Part shown: positions 1 through 9,662 of the stretch, piece after piece
How the letters are laid out: every line of letters begins with the position of its first letter
Position numbering within the stretch: the first letter of the stretch is position 1
From: a bacterium
GTDB lineage: Bacteria; UBA8248
Assembly: GCA_965207065.1 (NCBI GenBank)
Contig: OZ242260.1
Coordinates: 4,224,001-4,288,000 of the forward strand
Direction: 5' to 3'
Length of the DNA: 64,000 bases
Translations under genes and position numbers: made by a program
The notes under the pieces: model-generated
What the model saw: the letters and a program-made list of their open reading frames with translations, nothing else
What the model was told of the DNA's origin: nothing
Databases searched by the model: none

Positions 1-104
1 CGGAACCATTCCCCGGCAAGAAACCCGCACAGTCGCGGGATAGATGGAAACCGCGAGCGCCGTTCGTTTTGAGATAGACTCCTCTATTTTTCCTTGAGAT
101 ACAC

Positions 105-857
105 ATGAGCGAGTGGGAAGTCGTTTTCGTCTTTTGCGTTCTCTTCCTGGGAGGATTCGTCAAGGGTTCTATCGGTTTCGGCACGCCCCTGGTGGCCGCG
201 CCGCTGCTAGCGCTCTTACTCGTCCCCCAAAACGTCGCTACGCTGCTTGCGTTCTCGCTGCTCCTCTCGAACATCGCCGACGCCTACCGCCTCCGTTCAG
301 AGTGGCGCGCCATCAGGGAAATATCGCTCTATCTCCCGTTCGCCCTGGCGTTCGTACCGGTCGGGGTGTGGTTCCTGGGATTCGGGGATCCCGATTTCAT
401 TCGCTTGATGATGGGGGTCATGGCCTATACCTACCTGCTCGTGGAGAGCCGCCTCGGCTCCTTCAAGGAACTGGGCTCCGGGCTGCAAAAAATCGTGGCC
501 GCCGGGATGGGCGCGCTTCTCGGTTTCGTATACGGAACGACGACCATCAGCGGCGTCATCAGCACGATTTACTTCAGCATGCTGAGACTGCCGAAAAACC
601 CCTTCATCTTCCTGATGAACATCTTCAATGCGGCGGGCATGTCCATCATGGTCCTGAGCCTTTCACACCAGGGAATTTACACAAATCCTCGCTTTATCGA
701 AGGGCTGCTGGCGATCATCCCCATAGGTATCGGGTATCTGGTGGGCATCCGGGTTCGCGAGCGCATCGACCAGGCGCTTTTCTTCAGGATCATCCGGGTC
801 GCCTTGTTCTTTATCGCCACGAGCCTGGTGATCAAGTTCATCTTGGCGAAGATGTGA
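105..857 (+). CDS. Sulfite exporter TauE/SafE (TSUP) family membrane protein
   Basis: 250 aa, multiple TM segments, N-terminal GGFVKGSIGFG motif and C-terminal G..G..R.RI....F motif typical of TSUP. Confidence 0.85.
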   Translation: MSEWEVVFVFCVLFLGGFVKGSIGFGTPLVAAPLLALLLVPQNVATLLAFSLLLSNIADAYRLRSEWRAIREISLYLPFALAFVPVGVWFLGFGDPDFIRLMMGVMAYTYLLVESRLGSFKELGSGLQKIVAAGMGALLGFVYGTTTISGVISTIYFSMLRLPKNPFIFLMNIFNAAGMSIMVLSLSHQGIYTNPRFIEGLLAIIPIGIGYLVGIRVRERIDQALFFRIIRVALFFIATSLVIKFILAKM

Positions 858-1210
858 GGGGCTGATGAAAAAGTCCTGATTTCATGATTCAGCGTATATT
901 ACCTACCAGGGAGAGAGAAGAATCACTCCCCTCTTGAAGTATCTGTTGAAAAAGCCATTGTCCAAAGAGCACCCCCCCTACTCCCCTTGTCAGGGGTCAA
1001 ACGCGAGTGAGGAACGAGCGTTTGCATAAGCCATTGGCGGGAAACGCATCGGCTTGCAATTCCTCCCTCCTCGGTCGGAATTGACCCCTGACAAGGGGGG
1101 GTAGGGGGGGGGTTGGTTTTCAGGTCGAGAGGGGCGTCTCCTCTATCCCCGAAACAGGGGTTTTTCAACAACCCCTTGAGGGTCGGGCCTCCCGAGAGAA
1201 AGCCCGGCGG
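858..1210. mobile_element. Nested MITE/REP cluster A
   Basis: Starts GGGGCTGATGAAAAAG directly after the TauE stop; inner element 938-1175 has TGTTGAAAAA...TTTTTCAACAACCCC ends flanked by TTGA; contains palindrome 972-1110. Confidence 0.8.
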
Positions 1211-1258
1211 CGAAGGAAAATTTATGCCCAAGGACCGTCATTGGGTCTCATCACAAAG

Positions 1259-1291
1259 AAAACCCCGCCCGGGCGAACCCGGACGGGGTTT
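1259..1291 (-). terminator. Probable intrinsic terminator of the amidohydrolase gene
   Basis: Hairpin AAACCCCGCCCGGG-CGAA-CCCGGACGGGGTTT with A-rich left flank (U-tract on minus strand). Confidence 0.6.
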
Positions 1292-1324
1292 GATGTTATC
1301 GGGCGAGAGAGCGCCCTATTCCGG

Positions 1325-2479
1325 TTAGCTGCCCTGCTTCGCCATGATGGCGCGGGTGATGTCGCCCTCGGGCGTCTTGCCCTCCGGCGAGCCGTTCATG
1401 CCGGGGAATTTCAGATGGTTCTTCACCGGGTCGATGCCAGCAAGCCTCGCGAGCGTACCGCCCAGGAAGTCCGCCTTGTCCTGTTTCGTGATGGCGGGGT
1501 ATCCCCACTTCTCCTGCAGTTCCTCGTCGATCTGGAGCTTGAGGACCGCCTCGACCGACTGGTAGGGGTCCGAAGCGGGCCAGTCGCTGCCCCAGACGAA
1601 ACGACCGGGGCCTACGATCTGAAGCGTCGTGCCGACCATGTGGGCGAACCGGTGCGGCGCGCGCATGAGCCAGGGGAGAAGAATCGAGTAGCTCACGTAC
1701 ACGTTCGGGTGCTTCCACATCAGCATGATGAGGTCTTCCCAGTAGGGATAGCCGCCGTGGTAGGCCACGATCTTGAGGTCCGGGAAGTCGGACGCCACCT
1801 CGTCCAGCAGAATCGGCAGGGTGTAGCGCGTCGGGCCCAGGCGGATGGTGATGCCCGTGTGGAAGAAGGCGACGATGCCCTTGTCCTGGCACATCTCATA
1901 GGCGGGCCAGAGCCTGCGGTCGTTGATGGGGCAGTCTTCCGGCTGATAGAACTTGGTGAACTTGAAGTTGTAGTTGTCGTGGAGGTATTCCATCTCCCAG
2001 AGGAAATCCTTGGTCTTGCGCTTGGAGAACGGTCCCACGTTCGAGACGCCGATCACGCGGTCGGGGTATTTTTCGATCGCGTCGATGACGTGCTGGTTCG
2101 TGGAAAACGGCGCGCTGTCGCCCGCCGTGTCGATGAACGACTCGCGCATCAGGGCTATCTGGTCCACGCCCGAGCGGTCCATGTCGGCGATGATTTTGTC
2201 GATATGCCAGTCCATGCCCGGGTGCATGGCCGACTGCCTGTTGTTCCTGTGGTCGATCCACTGCCACTGGTTGCACATCTTATGCGCGTACTCGAAGGTT
2301 TTGGTCCCTTCGAAATACTTGATGTAGCGCCGGTAATCCTCGGGCATCACATGGACTTCGCAGTCGATGGTGTAATAGTCGTTCGCGTCCTCGCCCGTCT
2401 CGGGATTGGACGGCAAGGGCATCTTGGTGTCCCATGAGGGGGGCACGAATTCGGCCTGCGCTGTTCCGTCTGTGCTCAT
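1325..2479 (-). CDS. Amidohydrolase_2 family metallo-hydrolase
   Basis: 384 aa; IDCEVH, FHTG, AYHGG and WGSDWP motifs. Confidence 0.85.
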   Translation of the reverse strand: MSTDGTAQAEFVPPSWDTKMPLPSNPETGEDANDYYTIDCEVHVMPEDYRRYIKYFEGTKTFEYAHKMCNQWQWIDHRNNRQSAMHPGMDWHIDKIIADMDRSGVDQIALMRESFIDTAGDSAPFSTNQHVIDAIEKYPDRVIGVSNVGPFSKRKTKDFLWEMEYLHDNYNFKFTKFYQPEDCPINDRRLWPAYEMCQDKGIVAFFHTGITIRLGPTRYTLPILLDEVASDFPDLKIVAYHGGYPYWEDLIMLMWKHPNVYVSYSILLPWLMRAPHRFAHMVGTTLQIVGPGRFVWGSDWPASDPYQSVEAVLKLQIDEELQEKWGYPAITKQDKADFLGGTLARLAGIDPVKNHLKFPGMNGSPEGKTPEGDITRAIMAKQGS

Positions 2480-2642
2480 TCTCTGTTACCTCCAGAAGGG
2501 TCAGATGTAGATGGAAGCGATGTCGTCGCGTTCCGCTCTATGATGACAAACACCATTTGCTCAGAAACAAAAGAAGTCCTATGTTAGTTTGCTAAAGAAA
2601 TCGTGTAAAGCATCCTTGTGCTGAAAGCGGGAAGAGGCGGCG

Positions 2643-4925
2643 ATGTCTGACGAAACACGAAAAACCTATACGCTCTGCTCCCCCCACTGCGGGAACAACC
2701 CCTGCAGTTTCGAGGTCGAAGCGAGCGGCGAAACCATCACCTCGTTCCGGGCGAATCCCAGGATGCGCATCAAGCCCTGCATCAAGGGGTTCCAGTTGCC
2801 GGACCGGTATCATCATCCCGACAGGCTCCTCTACCCCATGAAGCGCGTGGGCGAGAAGGGCTCGGGGCCGGGCGGCGCGAACCGCTTCGAACGCGTGAGT
2901 TGGGACGAGGCGCTGGATATGGTCGCCCGGGGGCTCGAGGCCGCCAAGGCGAAGGGCGGAAACGAATCCGTGATGATGTACCACTACTCCGCCCAGCACA
3001 CCCTGCCCGGCGGACGCGACGCCGACCCCGCCACCATCATGCGGCTGCTGAACATGTGGGGCGGCGCCGTGCAGCCCTACATGCGCGGCAGCCTCTGCTG
3101 GAAGGCATTCCTCGGCGCGAGCGACGACGTCTTCGGCCACTGGCAGGTGAACAACAAGCCGACCGATGACTGCGAGTGGATTGTCCTGTGGGGCAACAAC
3201 CCGGTGGAGACGGGATACCGCGGCCTGCTCCAGTCATTACAGAGCGCCAAGAAGAACGGAACCCGCTTCATCGTGGTGGATCCCCTCCGCACGCGGACGG
3301 TGGAACGCTTCGGCGAAGTGCACGTGCCGATTCGCCCCTCGACGGACACAGCGCTTGCGCTGGCGGTCTTAAGACTCATGCTCGCTGAGGGCGCGATCGA
3401 TGAGGATTTTCTCCGGGTGAGAAGCAACGCCGCGTTCCTGGTGGATACAGAAGACGGCCGCTTCGTGCGGGACCCGGGTGGCGCGCCGGTCGTCTGGGAT
3501 GAAGAAACCGCTTCGGCCAGGCCGTTCGACGCCTGCACAAAACCGGCCCTGAGCGGGACGTTCCAGGTGAACGGAACCGGTTGCAGGCCCGCGCTCGATT
3601 ACCTGCGCGACGCCGCCGAACCCTGGACGCCCGAGCGCGCGGCGCGCGAGTGCGGCGTCTCGGCGGAGCACGTGCGCGCCATCGCCCAGGCGATGCGAAA
3701 CGGAAAAGTCATCGTCTACTACGGGTCTTACCAGCGCACCGTACACGGGGAGCAGGCCGTCCGCGCGCTGCACATCCTGAACCTCATGGCGGGCGCATCG
3801 GGCGGCGTGCTGCGCCACGGGGCGAGTGAGGCGGGCTTTTCCTCCGCCACGGCGCACGGAACCGGCCTCGTCGAAGTGATGACCGACCGCTGGGCCGTTC
3901 CCAATCCGGTGAAGCGCACCATCCCGACAGGCCAGACCGCGGAAGCCATCCTGAACCCCGACTCCCACGGCGGCCCCGTGCACGCCGCGCTCGTAATGTG
4001 GGGCAACCCCGTCGGGCAGGCCGGAAACGCCCACAAGACCGAGCGCGCCCTGCGTTCTCTGGATTTTTGCGCGGTGGCGGACGTCTTCATGACGCCGACG
4101 GCGAAATGCGCGGACGTGGTGTTGCCGGCCTCCACCTGGCTCGAGCGTTGCGCAATCACCGGGGGGATGGAGGCGGGCAGCACCTTCTATCATCTCGCCC
4201 GCGAGATGAATCCCAAACACATCCTGCTCTATACGCCAGGCGTCATGCCGCCGCGCGGGGAATCGCTCGATGATTTCGAGATCGTCTGCCGTCTGGCCGA
4301 AAAAATGGGCTACGGCGCGCATTTCCCCTGGAAATCATCGAGGGAATGGATAGAAGAACTCCTGGAAGCCGCGCGGGCGGACGCGCGCTTCCCCTGGTTC
4401 AAGGATGTCACAATCGAAAAACTCGAAGCCGAGGGGCAGATTACCCTCGACGTCCCGGACGCCGCTCCCGGCTGGGATCTCGACACCCCGCACGGGCGGG
4501 CGCAGGTCTATTTCGAGGATATCCCGCAGCACGCGCCCACGCATTTCCCGCCCGAAGAAAATACGGCGGACGAGGGAGCGAGCTACCCGCTCCATCTCCT
4601 CACGCCGAAAACCTATTTCCGGGCGAGTTCGACCTTCAACAACGCGACGAAGCTCCTGCGCCACGGCTGGAACGTCGCGACTCTCCATCCGGTCGACGCC
4701 GCCGCGAGGGGCATCGAAAACGGCGACAGCGTGCGTCTTAAAAACGATTATGGAGAGTCCGTGTTCGAGGCCAAGGTGAGCGAGGGCATCAAGCCCGGAG
4801 TCGTTCACGTTCCGGCGGGCGGGTTGCCCGAGGACGGCGCGGCCAACCAGCTTACCGGCGACGCCTTGTCCGAATACGAAAACGCCACGTTCAACAGTTA
4901 CCGCGTAGAGGTGGAGAAAAGCTGA
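2643..4925 (+). CDS. Molybdopterin (Mo-bis-PGD) oxidoreductase catalytic subunit, no Tat signal
   Basis: 760 aa; N-terminal Cys cluster CSPHCGNNPC...CIKG, DRLLYPMKR, VSWDEAL, ADVVLPA motifs and C-terminal dinucleotide-binding domain. Confidence 0.9.
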   Translation: MSDETRKTYTLCSPHCGNNPCSFEVEASGETITSFRANPRMRIKPCIKGFQLPDRYHHPDRLLYPMKRVGEKGSGPGGANRFERVSWDEALDMVARGLEAAKAKGGNESVMMYHYSAQHTLPGGRDADPATIMRLLNMWGGAVQPYMRGSLCWKAFLGASDDVFGHWQVNNKPTDDCEWIVLWGNNPVETGYRGLLQSLQSAKKNGTRFIVVDPLRTRTVERFGEVHVPIRPSTDTALALAVLRLMLAEGAIDEDFLRVRSNAAFLVDTEDGRFVRDPGGAPVVWDEETASARPFDACTKPALSGTFQVNGTGCRPALDYLRDAAEPWTPERAARECGVSAEHVRAIAQAMRNGKVIVYYGSYQRTVHGEQAVRALHILNLMAGASGGVLRHGASEAGFSSATAHGTGLVEVMTDRWAVPNPVKRTIPTGQTAEAILNPDSHGGPVHAALVMWGNPVGQAGNAHKTERALRSLDFCAVADVFMTPTAKCADVVLPASTWLERCAITGGMEAGSTFYHLAREMNPKHILLYTPGVMPPRGESLDDFEIVCRLAEKMGYGAHFPWKSSREWIEELLEAARADARFPWFKDVTIEKLEAEGQITLDVPDAAPGWDLDTPHGRAQVYFEDIPQHAPTHFPPEENTADEGASYPLHLLTPKTYFRASSTFNNATKLLRHGWNVATLHPVDAAARGIENGDSVRLKNDYGESVFEAKVSEGIKPGVVHVPAGGLPEDGAANQLTGDALSEYENATFNSYRVEVEKS

Positions 4926-4969
4926 GCCTGAACGACAGGCTTCCTCCGCACTTGAAGCTGTTATTTTAA

Positions 4970-4997
4970 GTAGGGACAGGTCGCGACCTGTCCCTAC
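4970..4997. repeat. GTAG-type REP, perfect 28-bp palindrome
   Basis: GTAGGGACAGGTCGCGACCTGTCCCTAC between convergent genes. Confidence 0.8.
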
Positions 4998-5022
4998 AGC
5001 GATACGAGACTCAGAGATTTCC

Positions 5023-5847
5023 CTACCTCCACTCCCACCCCTTGTGCTTGATGAGCACCACTTCGGTGGGGGGCGGCAACGTCCTGCGGCTGAAGACGTA
5101 GGTGTCGCCCTCGATTCTTTTGACGCGCCTGAAACCACCGAGAAATACGTTCAACTCCTCGAGCGAGCGGACGTCCATCGGAATCGCGACATTGGGGCTC
5201 AGTCTGCGGACGAAATCCGCCATGATTCTCGGGTTCATGGCTCCGGGGTCAGAGATTATCGCCAGCGCCACATGAATCTTACCCAGCCTTCTCAGCTGCT
5301 CGGGGTTCATCGGCGAGCCGAGATCCCCCAGGTGGGCGATGCAAAGTCCGCCCGTCTCAAACAGAAAAGACGAGGCCTTCGATTCCCCCGCATCGAAGTC
5401 GTCACCCCCATCGCCCTGCACGATGGGTACGTTTCTTATGCGCACGTCGCCTGTCCGGTAATCTACTTCGTTCCATTTCTCTCCATGGTTGAGCACGCCC
5501 TGCAAGACGACCGGGTTCCCGCCCAGGACCTCGACAAAACTGTGGTTCATCGCCACCTCACTCGTGGTGGCCACGTGGGGGCTTGTCTTCGGGATGGGAA
5601 AACCCCGGTGCGGCGAGAACGGATCGGTCACGATGCGAATTCCTTGGGGGGAGATGATGCGGAAAAAAGCGTGGCCGAACCACTGGATGCTGATCCGGCG
5701 CGGGGCTTTCGCCACTGGGACGTAGGATACGGGCGCCGCTCGCCTGAAGGGCATGTAGCGCACCAGACCGGGTGAGCATTTGGCGGAAACGACCGTCGGC
5801 GCGGTCAAAAGGCAGACGAGTACAACGAAACAAAGCGCCTTTTTCAT
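5023..5847 (-). CDS. Secreted MBL-fold metallo-hydrolase
   Basis: Signal peptide, WFGHAFF, TDPF and HLGDLG motifs; the HxHxDH metal motif looks degenerate. Confidence 0.75.
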   Translation of the reverse strand: MKKALCFVVLVCLLTAPTVVSAKCSPGLVRYMPFRRAAPVSYVPVAKAPRRISIQWFGHAFFRIISPQGIRIVTDPFSPHRGFPIPKTSPHVATTSEVAMNHSFVEVLGGNPVVLQGVLNHGEKWNEVDYRTGDVRIRNVPIVQGDGGDDFDAGESKASSFLFETGGLCIAHLGDLGSPMNPEQLRRLGKIHVALAIISDPGAMNPRIMADFVRRLSPNVAIPMDVRSLEELNVFLGGFRRVKRIEGDTYVFSRRTLPPPTEVVLIKHKGWEWR

Positions 5848-5966
5848 CCCTTCTCCCTCCGGTCGGCGTTAGATGGATGAGGGAAATACTATCCTGAAAA
5901 CCGGAGCGTGAGAAGCGATGCGTCCTCATCAGGGCAAGCGGTTCGATAAAGCATAGGCGGCGGACA

Positions 5967-6258
5967 GGGGGCTGCTGAAAAACCCCTTTTCAGGGGGTAG
6001 GCGGGACGCCCCTCTCGACTGGAAAGCACCCCCCTACCCCCCTTGAACGGGACTGTTGAAAAACCCCGATGATGGTGGAATGGTAGTGTAGGGACAACCC
6101 TCCGTGGTTGTCCTTTTGCAGGATGGTTACAATCAGGACAGGCGCGGAGGCCTGTCCCTACCCCTCTCTCCCCGGTCGGCTCCATACGCCGAATCACGAA
6201 ATGATGACTTTTTCAACAACCCCACAAGACTTCCCCCCATAAGTTTTTCAAAAGCCCT
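5967..6258. mobile_element. Nested MITE/REP cluster B
   Basis: Outer ends GGGGCTGCTGAAAAA / TTTTTCAAAAGCCC; inner ends 6049 GGGACTGTTGAAAAA / TTTTTCAACAACCCC 6223; inverted GTAG REP pair 6088-6113 and 6136-6161. Confidence 0.8.
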
Positions 6259-6328
6259 CTTTATGACACGATGAACCCGTCTCTCCGATTGCCGATGGAT
6301 CGTATTCGCTCATACGAAAGGAACCACC

Positions 6329-7021
6329 ATGCCCATCATTGATTTGAGTCTCGCCCACTACGACGAAATGGACCCCGTGGCGGCCGCCGTGGGCAAGATG
6401 ATGAACGCCGAAACCTCCGTGCGGCGCAAGTTCTTCCCGCCCAGGAAAGAACCCGACGTCGTGTTCGTCGATAGCTGGCTCTCCATATTCGCCCATGCGG
6501 GCACGCACCTCGATTGTCCGCGCCACATCTACCGCTGGGGGAAAACGACGGACGAGGTGGCGCTCGACCGCTTCATGGGGCCCGCCTGTCTGCTCGATTT
6601 CTCATCCAGGGGGGCGGATGAGGCCATCTCGGCTGAGGATTTAGAGGCGCATGCGGGACTCGTCCAGGAAAACGACATCGTTTTGCTGCGCACCGACTTT
6701 ACGGACAAGTTCTGGGGCTCGGACGCCTACTTGAGAAACTCGCCCTTCCTGACCGGCGACGGCGCCAGGTGGCTCGTGGACAAGGGGGTGAAGGCCGCTG
6801 GCTTTGATTTTCTCCAGGAAGAGGAAGTCAAGAAAATTCCCGAGAACGTGCCCGAGAACTACGTGGTCCACCGGACGCTGCTGGGAAACGGGATCATCCA
6901 GATCGAGCACATGACGAACCTCTCCGCCATACCGCAGGAGCGCTTCCAAGTCATCGCCCTGCCGCTCAAGATGCCGGGGATCGAAGGCTCCCCCTGCCGG
7001 GCCGTGGCCGTCGTGGACTAG
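6329..7021 (+). CDS. Cyclase / kynurenine formamidase (KynB-like) family protein
   Basis: HAGTHLDCPRH motif, IIDLS N-terminus, GSPCRAVA C-terminus. Confidence 0.9.
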   Translation: MPIIDLSLAHYDEMDPVAAAVGKMMNAETSVRRKFFPPRKEPDVVFVDSWLSIFAHAGTHLDCPRHIYRWGKTTDEVALDRFMGPACLLDFSSRGADEAISAEDLEAHAGLVQENDIVLLRTDFTDKFWGSDAYLRNSPFLTGDGARWLVDKGVKAAGFDFLQEEEVKKIPENVPENYVVHRTLLGNGIIQIEHMTNLSAIPQERFQVIALPLKMPGIEGSPCRAVAVVD

Positions 7022-7031
7022 GAACTCTCGA

Positions 7032-7304
7032 TTATTCAGGTGATTTCAGCCCCGCCAGATAACCCTCGAACATGCCTTCGAGACGAGACATTCTCGCGTC
7101 CAGGGACGACACGCTCGCTGCCAGGGATGCCACGCTCGTTGCCAGTGATGACACGCTAGCTTCCAGGGATGAAACCCTGGCTTCCAGAGACGACACTCTT
7201 GCTTCCAGGGCAAAGAGGCGGCTGTCAAACTTCCTCTCAATCCGGTAAAGGTAGGCTAGGATGGTGATTCCGAAAAAGGCGATTTCGATCATTTCGGCAG
7301 ACAT
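7032..7304 (-). CDS. Small membrane-anchored coiled-coil protein with heptad repeats
   Basis: N-terminal hydrophobic helix then about six LEARVSS-like heptads (21-bp tandem units); ATG at 7304 after GGAG. Confidence 0.65.
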   Translation of the reverse strand: MSAEMIEIAFFGITILAYLYRIERKFDSRLFALEARVSSLEARVSSLEASVSSLATSVASLAASVSSLDARMSRLEGMFEGYLAGLKSPE

Positions 7305-7450
7305 TATTCCACGCACTCCCTAAGGACTTGAAATTTAGATTGGGTCCTCTGGAACGCTCGTACAATATAACTCTATTATATTGAATATTTAATTTCAAAC
7401 TGGAGACTTCTCGTACCTAAGGAAATATCTACACCCACTCCTTTCACCCG

Positions 7451-8113
7451 ATGGAGACACCCATGGAAGACGCTCTCGAATTCTTCTCCCGCGCGCCGAC
7501 GACGGCCATCGCGGACGCCTCGATATTCTTGGGACTCGACCTCATCATGAAGGACGTCGCCCCGCTCACGCCCTTCACGGAGGAGCGCGTCGCCGCCCCT
7601 GCGGCCACCATGCGCTTCGAGCCCGTCCGGGGGGAGGTGAACCCCGCCCGCGTGAGCCTCTACGGGACGCACGAGGAGATGGAGCCGGGCAAGTTCGTCG
7701 TGCTCGCGACGGAAGCGAGCGACATGGCCGTTCTGGGAGCCAACGGGGCGCGCGTCATCCACCGGCGCGGCGCGGCGGGCGTCGTCACGGACGGGCGAGC
7801 GCGCGACGTTCTGGAAATCAGGGAGCTGGGCCTGCCCGTGTGGTGTCGCGGCGCGAGGCCCCTGCCCTACTCCAGGCGCCTGGTCGCGGCGGAGCGCGAC
7901 GTTCCCGTCACCTGCTGCGGGGTGCGGGTGGCGCCGGGGGACATCGTCGTCGCCGATGCGGACGGCGTGGCCGTGGTGCCGCAGGCCGAAATCCGAGCGA
8001 TACGCGAGCGAACGCGGATCGTTATGGAAATCGAGGAGGAGTTCACCCGGAGGTTCGACGCGGGTGAATCGGGAACAGAACTCGTCAAGATGATGCGAAG
8101 GAAATGGGAGTGA
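7451..8113 (+). CDS. RraA / HMG-CHA aldolase family protein
   Basis: GVVTDGRARD and VAPGDIVVADADGVAVVP motifs. Confidence 0.9.
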   Translation: METPMEDALEFFSRAPTTAIADASIFLGLDLIMKDVAPLTPFTEERVAAPAATMRFEPVRGEVNPARVSLYGTHEEMEPGKFVVLATEASDMAVLGANGARVIHRRGAAGVVTDGRARDVLEIRELGLPVWCRGARPLPYSRRLVAAERDVPVTCCGVRVAPGDIVVADADGVAVVPQAEIRAIRERTRIVMEIEEEFTRRFDAGESGTELVKMMRRKWE

Positions 8114-8252
8114 GGATTGCCCGGGCCAAACCTTTGCGTCATCCTTCCATCGCGCCCGTGGCCTTGGTATATTTTCAGGGCGCGGGCGCATTGCGGATGG
8201 GCAGAGGCGACGAACCGCGCTACTCTCGTTCACGAGGACCCGAAATAGAGAA

Positions 8253-8537
8253 ATGACCGGACCCAAGCCCTTGGAAGAAGACCTGAAGCTGGTGAAATAC
8301 AGGAACAGCTACTGGATCATGCTCGAGCCGGAAGGTATTCCCCTGGTGGAATTCGCCGCCCAGCACCACGACACGCTCGGTGAGCCTCTCTACCAGTGGA
8401 TGAAAACCCGCCTGTCACGCGAATCCATCCTCGAGTTCCATGAGTCCGGCAAATTCGACTGGGGAAGATTCAAGGACTTCATGGAATCGAAGGGATGGGA
8501 CATCGGCCGGAACGAACCCGGCATCATCAACGCCTGA
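8253..8537 (+). CDS. Hypothetical protein
   Basis: 94-aa ORF with genome-like codon usage, co-oriented with neighbours; no motif recognised. Confidence 0.55.
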   Translation: MTGPKPLEEDLKLVKYRNSYWIMLEPEGIPLVEFAAQHHDTLGEPLYQWMKTRLSRESILEFHESGKFDWGRFKDFMESKGWDIGRNEPGIINA

Positions 8538-8612
8538 TCCATAAACGCCGCCGGAAGCGAAATACCATCGCCATACACATGCCGCCGAAATAGAGTCCCA
8601 GGAGAGATTTGC

Positions 8613-9203
8613 ATGATAAGAGTATTATTGATTCTCGCATTGCTTACACCCGTTTTCGCCGCGCATGCGAACGAGGGCGCATCGTCCCACCACTCGAAAT
8701 ACGCCGGTCAGGAGAGCCGGGCGATCAAGAGCCTCTCGGCGGAAGACATCGCCGAGCTCAAGCGCGGAGGCGGCTGGGGGCTGGCCAAGGCGGCGGAGTT
8801 GAACGGCGTCCCGGGGCCGATCCACCTTCTGGAGATGAAAGACGATATCGACCTGGACGAGACCCAGCACTCGGCCATCAGCGCGATATACCGGCGCATG
8901 AAGAGCCGGGCCATCCTTCACGGCGAGCGGCTGATCGATCTGGAGCGGCGTCTCGAGGGCGGTTTTCGCAACCGTTCCATCACCGACGCGCTGCTGCGCG
9001 CATCGCTTAACGCCATCGCCGACACGAAAAAGGAATTGCGCTACGTCCACCTGGCGGCGCACATCGAGACTCTCAAGATTCTCACCGAGAAGCAGGTAAA
9101 AACCTACAACGCGCTCAGGGGCTATTCCAGTTCCGATCCATGCGCCAACGTCCCCAAGGGCCACAATGCGGAAATGTGGCGCCGGCACAACAACTGCGAC
9201 TGA
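8613..9203 (+). CDS. Exported helical protein (Spy/CpxP or heavy-metal-resistance-like)
   Basis: Signal peptide; YAGQ..R.IKSLS, GGGWGLAKAAELNGVPGP and LTEKQ..Y motifs. Confidence 0.7.
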   Translation: MIRVLLILALLTPVFAAHANEGASSHHSKYAGQESRAIKSLSAEDIAELKRGGGWGLAKAAELNGVPGPIHLLEMKDDIDLDETQHSAISAIYRRMKSRAILHGERLIDLERRLEGGFRNRSITDALLRASLNAIADTKKELRYVHLAAHIETLKILTEKQVKTYNALRGYSSSDPCANVPKGHNAEMWRRHNNCD

Positions 9204-9652
9204 TGGCGAACCAGAGCGAGAGGCTCATCGCACTCAAGAGCGGGCTGGACGAGCGCGAACTCCACATCCTGAACATCGAACTCGACCGCCGCCGGAAATC
9301 GACGGGCGTCACATTCGCGCTCTGGTTTTTTCTGAGTTGGCTGGGGATTCACAAGTTCTATCTGGGCAGAATCGCGACGGGCGTCCTCTACGTCGTCGCT
9401 CCGTGGATATTGATCCTCGTCTTCGTAGTCGGCTTCGTCATGGCGGAATCGAATCCCGAGGCGGGCGGGGCGACCGCTGGTTTAAGCCTGCTCGCCCTGC
9501 TCGTCTATGGCGTCTGGTGGGTCGTGGATCTGTTCACGATCCCGAGGCAGGTGAACGCCTACAATGAAAGCCTGGAACTGGAGATCATCGCTTCGCTGAA
9601 CGCGAGAAAACAGCGGCCGGGCCTGTCGCCGAACCCCACACAGCCGGAATAG
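9203..9652 (+). CDS. TM2 domain membrane protein
   Basis: RKS....LWFFL.WLGIHKFYLG motif; ATG overlaps upstream TGA. Confidence 0.85.
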   Translation: MANQSERLIALKSGLDERELHILNIELDRRRKSTGVTFALWFFLSWLGIHKFYLGRIATGVLYVVAPWILILVFVVGFVMAESNPEAGGATAGLSLLALLVYGVWWVVDLFTIPRQVNAYNESLELEIIASLNARKQRPGLSPNPTQPE

Positions 9653-9662
9653 ACGCCGCCCG

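Noticed and set aside
923-1328. Short track ORFs over the repeat clusters (also 5889-6197, 15941-16396, 23558-24077, 27278-27619, 34043-34396)
   Set aside because: They are translations of REP/MITE palindromes with no transposase motifs or convincing RBS
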